From the IMG/VR virus record IMGVR_UViG_3300023313_000003, positions 15,486 through 79,485 of that record: a DNA stretch of 64,000 nt; one strand, 5' to 3'. Both the position numbers and the translations under genes were made by a program. Source of the stretch: a virus. The notes under the pieces are model-generated. The model was not told the origin of the DNA. It saw only the letters and a list, made by a program, of their open reading frames with translations, and did no database searches. The first letter of the stretch is position 1. Each line of letters starts with the position of its first letter. This document shows positions 18,872-28,958 of the stretch, piece after piece.

Positions 18872-21800
18872 GATGCAATAACTCCTTTATCACTTATAAT
18901 TGGTTCTCCACGTTCTGAAGCTTCTCTTATTCCTTCAATTACAGCTTGCTTAATTCCTTCAATATTTGAATCCCGATCAGCATTAATAGTAAAATTATAA
19001 GTATTTCCACCAGAACCTTCTTTTCTGTCCTTAAGATAACCTGTCAAATCCTTATTCGCTTCTGGCTGAAGAACCCTTTCTCCACCTTTTAGCAAGAAAG
19101 ATTTGTCACTCATAGATTGAGGGATTGAGTCCATACCACCATGAGCTTGACCTCCACCGAATTTTTGAGCTTTAATCTGTGCAACATTAGCAATACCAGC
19201 AGCAACAGTTACACCAGCAAGTAAAGGCCCAAGAAGAGGCCCTGCTCCAACTGGAGGTGGAGCTAAAGCTGCTGTCGCTCCAGCAAAAGTATTCATTATA
19301 CTAGAAGTAATGGCCGCGGCTTTACCTACCTCGAACATATCTTTGTCTTTACTTCCTCTTAATTTGGAAGTCATGTCTAAGATCTTACCTGTATTCTTAT
19401 ATTCGCTAGTTTGTTGAACTGCCATTATAGCACCAAGAGCTTGACCATTTTTAATTTGACTCGCTCTCATTCTCGCTCTAAATTGTTCAGCTCTATTCCC
19501 TGCATCTTGAGCAATCTTAGCTTTATCTTGGTAAAATCTAAGTTCAATCTCTTTTAACTTGTTCTTATGTTGGATTTCTCTTTGCTCTCTCGCTAATCTG
19601 AATTGATCTTCAGTTATTACCTTGTTCTCTTGTTCAAATTGAAGCCTTTCTAATTCTAACTGATGTTGCTCTTCTTGTTTTGCCATTTGAGCAGCGAGTC
19701 CATCATCAGTTAATCCTAATAATTCAGCTCTTTGAGTTTGAAGTTCCAACTCTTTCATTGTTTTTTCTTGAATAGCTGCTAATTTTGTATCATGCATTTT
19801 TTTCTGCATTTCAATTTCAGCATTAGCTCTTGCTTGTCTTCTAGTTGAGAGTTCTAACTCTAATTGATCTGAAATTTCATTAAAAGATTTTTGCATTTCT
19901 ATCTCAGAAATTTTTCCTTGCATTTTTAATGCTTTAATCTTATTCATTCTAATTTCAGTATTAATAATTTCAGCTTGGTCTTCAGCTCCAGCACCAGCAG
20001 AAGTTCCACCAAGCAATCCTGCTTTAATATTAGCAAGTGCAGCTTGTTTTTGTTGTTCTGAAGATATAGAAAGAGCCATCTTTGCTTGAAGGTTTTGTTC
20101 AAACATTTGAAGTTCTGTTTCATTAGCAGCAAGAAGAGCTGACTCATTATTTGAAAGACCATACTTAGCCTCAAGCTTTCTTTTAGTAATAAGTTCTTGA
20201 GTTAATAACTCAATTTTCATATCTTTTATATTTACTGCCTGATCTCGCTTCATTTGAGCGATTTCCATTTCTGTAGTAAAAACTTTTGACATTTCTTGAT
20301 CAAGACCTATTTGAACTTGAGCTATCTGAGAATTTCTAGTTTCTTGCTGTATTTTTATTTTATTAGCTTCTAGTGCTTCCATGGCAGCGAGTATTTTTTC
20401 ACTATTTTTGTCAACAGCACCCCAATCTGAACCACTTTTAATTAATGCTTGATTTAATTCTTGTCCTTTTGTTATTATTTTTTGAAGTTGTGCTGAAAAC
20501 TTAGCTGAATCTGCCTTAATTTTTTGTAGATTTAAAGATGGAGTCAAATCTGAAACAAACTCAAAAGCAGCTTCTCCTTCTTTAACTATTTTGTTGAAAG
20601 AAGAGGATAATTTTTCTAAATTTTGTTTTAAATTTTTTACTGAATGACCAACTTTATCAGAAGCCCCTGCTGTGGATATAAAACCATTAACAACATCACC
20701 AGCGACTTCTCCAGATAAAGTTCCCATTGTTTCTGATAATTGCATTATAGAAGAAGTTAATCCTTGCATTTTTTTATCAGACATTGCTAAAGAACTAAGT
20801 CCAAGATAATTAAAAATCTGAGATAAACCCCCAACTGCCAAAGTTAATGTCATTATTCCATTAACTAATGCTAATATCCCTACTGCAACTACTTTTATTG
20901 CAGTTCCTAACATTCCACTTAATATCTCTGCAAGAGAAGTTGAAGATTTATTAGCTTTCTCTGCTGAATCTGCAACAGAGGCAAAAGCTTTAGATAGAGT
21001 ATCAACAACTTTAGAAAATATCTTAAATCTTTCTTCAAGCATTGTTACTGCTTTATATAAGGCCGCGGCAATAGCTATAATTATTGTAATTTTAATCAAT
21101 AATACTTTATTAGCAACAACCCATTTCCAAGTCGCAATTGTGGCTGCTTTTATAGAGGAAATTAACGATACAGCGATACTTCTAGCTGTTAATTTACTTG
21201 CTGCTTCCATTCCTAATATACTTTTAATAGCACCAGCTACTTTTACTTTAAGAACACTAAGTCCTGTTCCTGCGACTTCCTTTAAAGATCCAAATTTCCC
21301 TGCAACTCCAGTTACACCCATAGCCATTTCAGATAAACTTTTATTAATAAAAGGTAACTGAGAAGAAAATACTTTCATTCCAGCAGAAGAAGCTAACCCT
21401 GCGTTTAAAGCACCCAAACTTGAGGTAACTAATCCTATCAATAATGAGTTTTGAAGAAGAACCCCTCCAACTTGCATTAATCTCCCCGATAAAGCTTGGA
21501 TAAAACCAATAGCAGGAAGAATTGGTTTAACTAAATTAGTAAATCCTGATGTTAATTTTGCTAACCCCATGACTACTTGACCATTTATAATTTGACCGCC
21601 TTTACCTAATTCTTGCATTAATTCTTTTGTTGCATTTTTTTGAAGTTTTAATGCTTTTGAATAAGTGTCAGCATTACTTGAAGCAAACCCAGCGGCTAAT
21701 CCTGCTTGCTCCATTAAAACATTGTATCTTGCTTGCCCTTTTTCTACATCTCCAAGTTTATTAAAATTATCTTTTAACTCTTGATTAAGATTTGATTGTT

Positions 21801-23718
21801 TTATAGCAGTTGAATTTAAGTGTAGTCCATAAACGGCTAATCCTGAGCTATTTCCATTAACAGCATTTATTAATGCTGTTAGAGTATTTATAGCTGGCTT
21901 ATGCGCTCTCTCAGATAAATCAATAGATCTACTTATAAGCGTTTCCATTTCTTTTTGGTTCAATCCAAAAGCATGAGTCGCACCAACTGTCTCTGCAACT
22001 AATTTCCTAAGAGAAGCTGTTGTTTGCCCTGTTGATGAATTGGTCTTTTTAATAAATCCATTCCAAGTTTCTGTTGCTTTGGAGGCCTCTTCTGCTGAAT
22101 GAGAATACCCTCTTAATGTTTGAAGAAAGGCAAAGGTAGATTGCTCTGCTTTGGCAAAATATTCTATTTGTTTAGTAGAGGCTTTAGTAAAAGAATTACC
22201 CATTTTAGTAATGAAACCACCTAATGCAACAGCAGCTTGCTGAACTATATAAGCAAACCCACCAAATGCAGCTCCTAAAGCTATAAGAGTAACCCCTGTA
22301 AGTCTCTTCATTAAGGTGTCAGCTTGCAATAGAGAGTACCCCATTATACCAAAAGCAGAACCAACAGCTCCAGCTCTAGCAACAGTTCCTAAGAGTCCTT
22401 TATGAAAAAATTCAGTGTGCTTACCTATTGTTAGCATTGTTTTACCAAAATTTAGTCCAACAGATCCAGCTTGTGCTGTTGATTTTGCAAATCTTACTAA
22501 AGAAGATCCTGAACTTACTATGATTTTACCAAATGATTTAACTCCTAATGATAAATTTTTAAATCCACTTTTAGATAATAATTTTATATTTGTTAATGTT
22601 GACTGAGATGACTTTGATATAATTTTAAATGCATTAGCCATCTTAGAACCTAAAGCTTTAGATAAAAGAATAACTTGTTTTTTAGTTTGAGAAACTTTTA
22701 ATTTGAATAAATTTAATTTAGAAGTTTTCATAGCTCCAACACTATCCCCAGCACTGTTAAAAGCTTTCTCCATACTTTTTGCATTATCAATTATTGCATT
22801 AGAAACTTTTAAACTAGCATTGGTCGCAGTTTCAGTAAAATTTGATAAGGTGTGATAGGTAGTCATAAGAGAAGACTGAAGTATAGTTAAACTAGTATGA
22901 ACTCCTTTAAGTCCTCCTGCTGCTAATTGTAACATTGCCTTATTTAGCTTTAAGGCCACTGTATCAAAAACAGTTACTACTGCTTTATTAAGTCCTCCAA
23001 AATCACCTGACATTTTTAGAATACTAGGTGATACACTAGAAGACATGGCTTTAATCGTTTGAGTTGTCGATTGTATTCCTGCTTTTAATGTAGTTAACCC
23101 TTTCTTAGATATATTTTTAAACCCTTCTTTAACTTCAGATAACTTTAAATTACTCATTGAAGTTTTTAATGTTCTAAAAGATTGACTTATTTTATTACTA
23201 GCAGGGCCAAAGGCAGCCATATTTGAAACAAGCTCATCAGCACGAAAACTAACTTTAAGCATATATTCTTCAAGGGATATAAGACCTAATTTAATAGGCA
23301 CAAATGTCTGCTTTATAACCGCTAGTCCAATAAAAGCACCACCAACGGCTAAGGTGGTATCTGCGATTCTTTGCAGTCCATTGGAGATTGAAGAAAAGGC
23401 TGAAGGATCATTCAGCATATCTAATGTCGTCACTAATTGTTCATTTTGATCTTTTAATGCTTCAGTTAAACTATTAGTTTTCTCCATATCTTTGCTAAGA
23501 ACTTTTAAAGTTTTCGCTTTAGCTCTCATAGATAGATTTGAGGAAAGTATGCTTTTGACTAAGTATTCCTGACTGACAGTATTTTCTTGAGCTGATTGAT
23601 TCGCAGTTTGAAGTGACTTGGTATACTCTGAATTAATTATCTTTGCAGCCCTTCTAATAATTGGGGATAAATTATCAACTGCTGTTAAATTTACTTTTAA
23701 GTTTTTTTCTATTGCCAT
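18868..23718 (-). CDS. Tape measure protein
   Basis: 1616 aa; N-terminal LTAVDNLS; long Ala/Lys/Gly helical regions with hydrophobic segments; C-terminal AHGG...LLKGGERVL. Confidence 0.93.
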   Translation of the reverse strand: MAIEKNLKVNLTAVDNLSPIIRRAAKIINSEYTKSLQTANQSAQENTVSQEYLVKSILSSNLSMRAKAKTLKVLSKDMEKTNSLTEALKDQNEQLVTTLDMLNDPSAFSSISNGLQRIADTTLAVGGAFIGLAVIKQTFVPIKLGLISLEEYMLKVSFRADELVSNMAAFGPASNKISQSFRTLKTSMSNLKLSEVKEGFKNISKKGLTTLKAGIQSTTQTIKAMSSSVSPSILKMSGDFGGLNKAVVTVFDTVALKLNKAMLQLAAGGLKGVHTSLTILQSSLMTTYHTLSNFTETATNASLKVSNAIIDNAKSMEKAFNSAGDSVGAMKTSKLNLFKLKVSQTKKQVILLSKALGSKMANAFKIISKSSQSTLTNIKLLSKSGFKNLSLGVKSFGKIIVSSGSSLVRFAKSTAQAGSVGLNFGKTMLTIGKHTEFFHKGLLGTVARAGAVGSAFGIMGYSLLQADTLMKRLTGVTLIALGAAFGGFAYIVQQAAVALGGFITKMGNSFTKASTKQIEYFAKAEQSTFAFLQTLRGYSHSAEEASKATETWNGFIKKTNSSTGQTTASLRKLVAETVGATHAFGLNQKEMETLISRSIDLSERAHKPAINTLTALINAVNGNSSGLAVYGLHLNSTAIKQSNLNQELKDNFNKLGDVEKGQARYNVLMEQAGLAAGFASSNADTYSKALKLQKNATKELMQELGKGGQIINGQVVMGLAKLTSGFTNLVKPILPAIGFIQALSGRLMQVGGVLLQNSLLIGLVTSSLGALNAGLASSAGMKVFSSQLPFINKSLSEMAMGVTGVAGKFGSLKEVAGTGLSVLKVKVAGAIKSILGMEAASKLTARSIAVSLISSIKAATIATWKWVVANKVLLIKITIIIAIAAALYKAVTMLEERFKIFSKVVDTLSKAFASVADSAEKANKSSTSLAEILSGMLGTAIKVVAVGILALVNGIMTLTLAVGGLSQIFNYLGLSSLAMSDKKMQGLTSSIMQLSETMGTLSGEVAGDVVNGFISTAGASDKVGHSVKNLKQNLEKLSSSFNKIVKEGEAAFEFVSDLTPSLNLQKIKADSAKFSAQLQKIITKGQELNQALIKSGSDWGAVDKNSEKILAAMEALEANKIKIQQETRNSQIAQVQIGLDQEMSKVFTTEMEIAQMKRDQAVNIKDMKIELLTQELITKRKLEAKYGLSNNESALLAANETELQMFEQNLQAKMALSISSEQQKQAALANIKAGLLGGTSAGAGAEDQAEIINTEIRMNKIKALKMQGKISEIEMQKSFNEISDQLELELSTRRQARANAEIEMQKKMHDTKLAAIQEKTMKELELQTQRAELLGLTDDGLAAQMAKQEEQHQLELERLQFEQENKVITEDQFRLAREQREIQHKNKLKEIELRFYQDKAKIAQDAGNRAEQFRARMRASQIKNGQALGAIMAVQQTSEYKNTGKILDMTSKLRGSKDKDMFEVGKAAAITSSIMNTFAGATAALAPPPVGAGPLLGPLLAGVTVAAGIANVAQIKAQKFGGGQAHGGMDSIPQSMSDKSFLLKGGERVLQPEANKDLTGYLKDRKEGSGGNTYNFTINADRDSNIEGIKQAVIEGIREASERGEPIISDKGVIAS

Positions 23719-23727
23719 ACATTACTC

Positions 23728-24090
23728 TTAACTTTTGCTATTTGTTTTAGATTCTTTCATTTGTTTTTTATGTTCTCGCTCTCTATACACGTTAACAATA
23801 CTATCTAAAAAATTAAAAAGTTCTACGCAATATGATGTTTGGTCATTCATGCTACCTCCATGAGGCCACACTCTATTTTCCTTACAATCAAAATATAATG
23901 AAACAATAAATTCTTCACTATAAGAATTAAAAGCTAAAGATCTAGGACATTCTCTATAAATCGTACCATTAACATCAATTAATGATTTTTTCTTATATAT
24001 ACCTCCGCAATTACGCAGAGATTGAAGTCCTTTGTCACAATTAGAACAATTAAAAGCCTTAGACTTATTATAGTCTAAGGCTAAGTCCAT
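23728..24090 (-). CDS. Tail assembly chaperone, T segment of the GT frameshift product
   Basis: In the -1 frame of the upstream gene; WPHGGSMNDQ motif; Cys-rich; precedes tape measure. Confidence 0.75.
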   Translation of the reverse strand: MDLALDYNKSKAFNCSNCDKGLQSLRNCGGIYKKKSLIDVNGTIYRECPRSLAFNSYSEEFIVSLYFDCKENRVWPHGGSMNDQTSYCVELFNFLDSIVNVYREREHKKQMKESKTNSKS

Positions 24091-24536
24091 TATGACTCTA
24101 AAAGCTTTTTTTCATCATCACCAATCGCAGTTCTTAGCATTATAAAACCACCGATTTCTTGAATGATTGAAAAAGGAAACAAATCAATATCACACTTTTC
24201 AATTTTCCCTTCTTCTTGGTAAGAAGAGCAACCATGTTTAAAATATTTAACAAGCATTTCTGTTTGTTTTAATTGTTTAATTGTTGGTTTTCCTTCTTTA
24301 TCTGAAGGATCAGGCATTTCAACTTGAAAATGGTCTTCTTGGATAGTAGCTTGAGCTGAAGTATTCACATTTTTAATTAAAAAATAAGTTGGAAAGATTC
24401 CTTCTTTAAATTTAAGATAATCAACATTATATGTTTTTTCATACTTATCCATGTCACTTTTTTCTTTGTCTATTGCTCCATCTTGAGTTGAAACAATTTT
24501 TCTTACTTTTTTTGGGTCGATTTTTTCAATGGCCAC
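24090..24536 (-). CDS. Tail assembly chaperone (G)
   Basis: Lies between tube and tape measure; GTG start with GGAG RBS; slippery site near its 3' end. Confidence 0.75.
   Translation of the reverse strand: MAIEKIDPKKVRKIVSTQDGAIDKEKSDMDKYEKTYNVDYLKFKEGIFPTYFLIKNVNTSAQATIQEDHFQVEMPDPSDKEGKPTIKQLKQTEMLVKYFKHGCSSYQEEGKIEKCDIDLFPFSIIQEIGGFIMLRTAIGDDEKKLLES
24105..24111 (-). other. -1 programmed ribosomal frameshift site A-AAA-AAG
   Basis: GAA AAA AAG CTT TTA GAG TCA TAA; the -1 frame reads AAA GCT TTT AGA GTC ATA ATG GAC, in frame with 23728..24090. Confidence 0.85.
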
Positions 24537-24593
24537 TTGAATCTCCTAGTTAAAATTAATAAAAATACGACAAAGCCGTACAATTCCTACATT

Positions 24594-24604
24594 ATATATA
24601 CAAT
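24594..24604 (-). promoter_or_regulatory. Putative late promoter ATTGTATATAT
   Basis: Motif copy just downstream of the tube-gene terminator and upstream of the chaperone. Confidence 0.55.
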
Positions 24605-24621
24605 TTATCTATTAAAAAGGT

Positions 24622-24654
24622 AAAAAAAAAGCCCCACTAATTAAAGTGAGGCTT
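24622..24654 (-). terminator. Rho-independent terminator after the tail tube gene
   Basis: AAGCCTCACT-TTAATT-AGTGGGGCTT followed by a T run. Confidence 0.85.
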
Positions 24655-24678
24655 CCTTGGGAGATTAAGCATGACCAA

Positions 24679-26250
24679 TTACTTAATCGTTAACGTCATT
24701 TCATCATCTAAACTATCAGTTGAAGTAGCTAGGCCGACTCCTTCAAGTGACAATGTAACATAACCATCAGCAGGGTTTTCAATAGGTGGTATGCTAAATT
24801 CTACTTTTGGCAATCTAAACTCAAAAGTTCTACCAGCAGAAGAACTAAAACTTGGAGCAGGAATATCATTAGGTTCTAATGTTATTGTAATATCTTCTGC
24901 AACAAATTTCTTATTTCTCATATAAAATGAGAAGTTATCTTTATTTAAAAGAACATCTAATTTGCAAGTAACTGAACGTCTTTTGTCAGGAATATATCCA
25001 CAAATTTTGTTAGTTCCATAAAGAAAGTCTTTTTTAGTATAGTTATTAGCCAAAGCAATTTCAGCACTAATTAATTCACACTCTCCAATGTTAAATCCAG
25101 CAACAGTAAAAGTTCCTTTAAGTCCTAAAAGCGCACTTTCTGATGTTATTGGAGCATAAACTTCAGGAGCATGCCCCATTAAGTAAGAACCAACACTTGA
25201 AGCAGCCAAAGCAGCTCCACCAAGAGTAACTATATCTTCATTAACACCTTCATACACAGCAGAAATAGATCTAGCTGCTTCTATAATAGTGTTGCCATCA
25301 ATATCAATAATATCAACTAAAGAATTAACTTCGTATCGATTACCTTCTTTAAGGCCTAATTTTATATCGTTAGTTCCAAGACCACCTACTAAGAAAGAAG
25401 GGTTAGCCATTAAAAGTTGAGTATTTGCTCCAACACCTGAAACTGTAGCAGTAGCTATTGCAGTAAAAGCAGCAGATCCAGCTAATGCAGCTTGAATTTG
25501 AGTTGCACTTGAAACTCCAGAATCCATTGAAACTTCAACATTATTACCTACAACAGTAACAACTTCTGCTCCAGCAACTCCACCAGTTACATATTTAACA
25601 TTAATTAAATTTCCATTTATTCCAGAACCAATTAAAGCATCAAAAGTAATATCTTGCTCTACAAGAGCAGCAAGTTGTTCAACACCAGTAATTGCTTGAG
25701 AAAGATTTCCTTCACCAGCTACTAAAGAATCTTGAGCAAAACCATCTGCTTTAAATGTTGCCTTACCATCGCCAGGCAAAGAAAAAGTTACTGTATCGAT
25801 AACACAACCAGTAGTTAATCTTGCATAGTGAGTTGCTTCTTCTATAATTCTAAAAGAATTAGAATTTAATCGTGAAAGAACATATTTAATCTCAGCAGGA
25901 TTAGTTACATCAAAGTCTCCAAAAGCTGACACTAAGAAAGCATGAACTGGAGGTAATGTAGGATTTCCTAAACTATCAGGAGTGCCAGGTACAATATATG
26001 ATTCAAAAGAAAATTCAACATTAATTTTACCACTTAATCTAGTAACTAAAGATCGTCCAGAACGTGCGCCTGAATCTTCTCTAGGAATATCAAATTTAAT
26101 ATCAGCAGCGATATGTTCAATAGCTCCTGAAGATTGTGGAATTAATCCACCTGTAGCTGTATCTCCATATCCACCTGTTTCTTGATCGATCCATATCTTC
26201 TGATCGACTCCTAAAACTTCGTATGATCTTGATTTTAAGTCTCTACTCAT
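24679..26250 (-). CDS. Major tail tube protein with inserted domains
   Basis: Position between tail terminator and chaperones; GC.IDTVTFSLP and FRLPKVEF tube-like motifs; highly-expressed-gene codon bias; own terminator. Confidence 0.82.
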   Translation of the reverse strand: MSRDLKSRSYEVLGVDQKIWIDQETGGYGDTATGGLIPQSSGAIEHIAADIKFDIPREDSGARSGRSLVTRLSGKINVEFSFESYIVPGTPDSLGNPTLPPVHAFLVSAFGDFDVTNPAEIKYVLSRLNSNSFRIIEEATHYARLTTGCVIDTVTFSLPGDGKATFKADGFAQDSLVAGEGNLSQAITGVEQLAALVEQDITFDALIGSGINGNLINVKYVTGGVAGAEVVTVVGNNVEVSMDSGVSSATQIQAALAGSAAFTAIATATVSGVGANTQLLMANPSFLVGGLGTNDIKLGLKEGNRYEVNSLVDIIDIDGNTIIEAARSISAVYEGVNEDIVTLGGAALAASSVGSYLMGHAPEVYAPITSESALLGLKGTFTVAGFNIGECELISAEIALANNYTKKDFLYGTNKICGYIPDKRRSVTCKLDVLLNKDNFSFYMRNKKFVAEDITITLEPNDIPAPSFSSSAGRTFEFRLPKVEFSIPPIENPADGYVTLSLEGVGLATSTDSLDDEMTLTIK

Positions 26251-26268
26251 AATTTCCTCTCTTTTAAA

Positions 26269-26592
26269 TTATTTTTTAATCTTTACAGATTTAATTTCTT
26301 TTTTTTCTTCTTTTTTAGGTGAAGTTTTTACCTGTTTTTTTTGTTCTTTTAATCCTTCTACAATGAAAAGCCATTTTCTTACTCGTAGTCTCCTCATTTT
26401 ACTAATATCAGATATACAAATAATATATTTTTTACTTCTATAAGAAAATTTAATCACCTCTTCATCAAAAGAAATATCAGACATTTGGACACCATCATAC
26501 CGAACACCGCTAATTTGAAAATTTAATGAATTTCTTTTACTTAAATGTAGCCTTTTGATTTTGGCTAAGACTTGTCTTTTTCTATCGTTCAT
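26269..26592 (-). CDS. Hypothetical basic protein
   Basis: 107-aa ORF with a promoter motif upstream. Confidence 0.6.
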   Translation of the reverse strand: MNDRKRQVLAKIKRLHLSKRNSLNFQISGVRYDGVQMSDISFDEEVIKFSYRSKKYIICISDISKMRRLRVRKWLFIVEGLKEQKKQVKTSPKKEEKKEIKSVKIKK

Positions 26593-26628
26593 AATTGTTC
26601 CTTCCCTGTTTATGTGGGTTTACCTTAT

Positions 26629-26639
26629 TTATATACAAC
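26629..26639 (-). promoter_or_regulatory. Putative late promoter GTTGTATATAA
   Basis: Motif copy upstream of the 26592 ORF and tube gene. Confidence 0.6.
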
Positions 26640-26646
26640 ATTATTG

Positions 26647-27147
26647 TTATCGTGAGCTTCTTGCTTTTCTAGTGTACTCAGCAGATACAATCATCTCAAA
26701 TAGATGTGTTTGATTTTGAACTGAAAATAATTGATTATCTGTAGTTATTTGAGTTACTTCGCACTTATTAACTTCAGAAGCTAATGTATTATTATCATAA
26801 ACACATTGCTCTACATCGGAAATAAATTCTTCTAATTTTAGAATATCACCTTGTCTATAGACTCCGTATATTCTTATTTGCCAGACATATTCTCTCACGC
26901 ATCCAGCATGTCGAGTAATAGTTGTCGCATCATCTATTATATAAAGAACAGGAGTTTGGTCTTCAGATTTATCTTTCCAACCTTTTACCTCATAAGTTAC
27001 TTCACATACATTTTCAGTATACCCATTTACAGTAGTAATAGTTTCTAAAATAAGCCTAAGTCCTTCCATAATCCTAGCTCTTTTAGATTGTATATTTTTT
27101 ATCTTGTCATGAATTGCAATTATTTGTGCTTGATTTAATGTAGCCAT
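26647..27147 (-). CDS. Tail terminator protein
   Basis: Position; I...L.TIT..NGY motif; P.L.I; alpha/beta pattern of lambda gpU-like terminators. Confidence 0.7.
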   Translation of the reverse strand: MATLNQAQIIAIHDKIKNIQSKRARIMEGLRLILETITTVNGYTENVCEVTYEVKGWKDKSEDQTPVLYIIDDATTITRHAGCVREYVWQIRIYGVYRQGDILKLEEFISDVEQCVYDNNTLASEVNKCEVTQITTDNQLFSVQNQTHLFEMIVSAEYTRKARSSR

Positions 27148-27149
27148 TA

Positions 27150-27626
27150 TTATTCCCCCAATATTCCTTCAACGAATATTCCAAATTTTTCAATTATATA
27201 ATCAGAGTGCAAATCAATTGCATCTCTAAGATAATATTTTGGTCTTATTGTTGATTTACCTACCATGTGTCCTTTTGAAAAACCTATCCCATTTTTACCA
27301 TTAAATTTTAAGGCACTTTTTATCCTAGGTTTAATGAATCTAGCTGGGATTTCCCCACCTTCTTCTTGTATTTGAGCATAAGGAACATTTTCTGGCCCAA
27401 CTTCTCCTATAATCTCATTCCCACTTTCTTTTACTGAAAATTGAACTGAGTTTAATAAATTACCTGTTTTAACATTCATATAAGATCTAATATTATCTTG
27501 TATCTGAGACTTAAGTATAGACATTGCTCTAAACATTTCTAATCTCATTCCATCTTTAACTGAAGAAGAGGAGTTTTCAAACTCCTCTATTATATCTAAT
27601 GCATTACTTGTTAGTAATATTTTCAT
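27150..27626 (-). CDS. Tail completion/neck protein (HK97 gp10 / virion morphogenesis-like)
   Basis: VKTGNLLNS, YAQIQEEGG and RPKYYLR motifs. Confidence 0.8.
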   Translation of the reverse strand: MKILLTSNALDIIEEFENSSSSVKDGMRLEMFRAMSILKSQIQDNIRSYMNVKTGNLLNSVQFSVKESGNEIIGEVGPENVPYAQIQEEGGEIPARFIKPRIKSALKFNGKNGIGFSKGHMVGKSTIRPKYYLRDAIDLHSDYIIEKFGIFVEGILGE

Positions 27627-28421
27627 TTATAAGTCCCAAGTATTTCTTTGCATTTGATTAGCACTACCGAATGAATAGTTAATATATTGATCGAGCTTTT
27701 CGATAATATCTTTAGGTATTCCATCACTTAATTTAGAATAACTTTCACCCATTACACCCTTTGCTGTTACTCCAATATCTTTATTTTCTCTTTGGTAATA
27801 CCAATACTCAACTAATTGTAAGGCCGCGAGTATGAGGTCATAAGGAATATCAGTGCATGCAATAGTTTTAAGTTCTAAATCTGCATCAACACCAATAGTG
27901 AAATCTTTACACCAACCAGCAAGATACTTCATACGAATAGCACCAAGAACAGAACCAGAAAAGATCTGGCCGACTATATGTTTTTCATTATCATCTCTTA
28001 AGACTACATCATTTCCTATAATTCTTAATTGAGTATCTGTTATTTTTTGCCTTTTATCCGCAGAACCACGACTAAAATAAACTGAATCAGTCAGAATAGT
28101 CGGATCTGAGAATCCTCTATTATAATCAATTCTGATTTCACTAACCTCAAGAACAGGCCACATTTGAGGAAGAATTATATTTGATGAATTACCATCGCTA
28201 ACTTCTGTAAATTCAGTAGCTAAAACTCTTGTGTCAATTATTGATTCTATTTTATCACATGCTGCATTTATAAACATTTCTAAGCGTCTAACTCTTTTAA
28301 TATTATCAGGAGAAGGAGTCACACCAGCGACACTAACTTTAATATCTTTTATGTTAATCCAATCAGCAGCTTGGACAACATCTATCCAACAACTATCTTT
28401 TAAAATACTAGTATATGCCAT
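27627..28421 (-). CDS. Head-tail adaptor/connector
   Basis: I.AA...IE; L.QWPV.EV; Y.AG; IP.DL..A.L.LV..WY.QRE. Confidence 0.8.
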   Translation of the reverse strand: MAYTSILKDSCWIDVVQAADWINIKDIKVSVAGVTPSPDNIKRVRRLEMFINAACDKIESIIDTRVLATEFTEVSDGNSSNIILPQMWPVLEVSEIRIDYNRGFSDPTILTDSVYFSRGSADKRQKITDTQLRIIGNDVVLRDDNEKHIVGQIFSGSVLGAIRMKYLAGWCKDFTIGVDADLELKTIACTDIPYDLILAALQLVEYWYYQRENKDIGVTAKGVMGESYSKLSDGIPKDIIEKLDQYINYSFGSANQMQRNTWDL

Positions 28422-28430
28422 AACAATCTC

Positions 28431-28949
28431 CTAAGTTATCTTTACTATGTAAGCTTCGTTAGAAGCAATTAGTGATTCCATTTTAGATTCAATATCTTTA
28501 GGTGTCACTAGGTCATAATCTTTGTTAAAATTTATTCCTCTATACTTAAGTAATAAGCCTACTGCCTCTGAACAAATTAATCCTTTCTTGCCATCTTTAA
28601 AAAATCCTAAAGACCAACCAAAAGCTATATTAGTTAAGTTTAGTATTATATTCATAACACTATACTTAGTTTGGAGAGTCTTATTAGCTTCACGCAGAAT
28701 AGTAAACTTAGTCTCTTTAGGTATCTCTATAGAATAAATACGAATAGGAATATTCGTCTTTAACCAGTTCTCTAACTCTATATAATGAGCTTCACCATTA
28801 GAAGCCTCATAGATCATATATTGATTAGTGCATGAATCATAAAATTCTAATGCAGTATGAGAGTATTTAGTTTTTAATACTAACTTAATAAAGAAACTAA
28901 CAAAGTTCCATTTTTTAGTTGTTGATAGTATTACTCTTACTTTTGACAT
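28431..28949 (-). CDS. Permuted papain-like NlpC/P60 (YiiX/YebB-like) protein
   Basis: YSHTAL (His) precedes ICSEAV (Cys); C-terminal VTPKD. Confidence 0.8.
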   Translation of the reverse strand: MSKVRVILSTTKKWNFVSFFIKLVLKTKYSHTALEFYDSCTNQYMIYEASNGEAHYIELENWLKTNIPIRIYSIEIPKETKFTILREANKTLQTKYSVMNIILNLTNIAFGWSLGFFKDGKKGLICSEAVGLLLKYRGINFNKDYDLVTPKDIESKMESLIASNEAYIVKIT

Positions 28950-28958
28950 AATATTTCC

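Noticed and set aside
24679-26250. Calling the 523-aa tail protein a contractile sheath
   Set aside because: Its core has tube-like motifs, it is followed directly by G/GT chaperones and tape measure, and no baseplate wedge genes are recognisable. Only the inserted domain is sheath-like.
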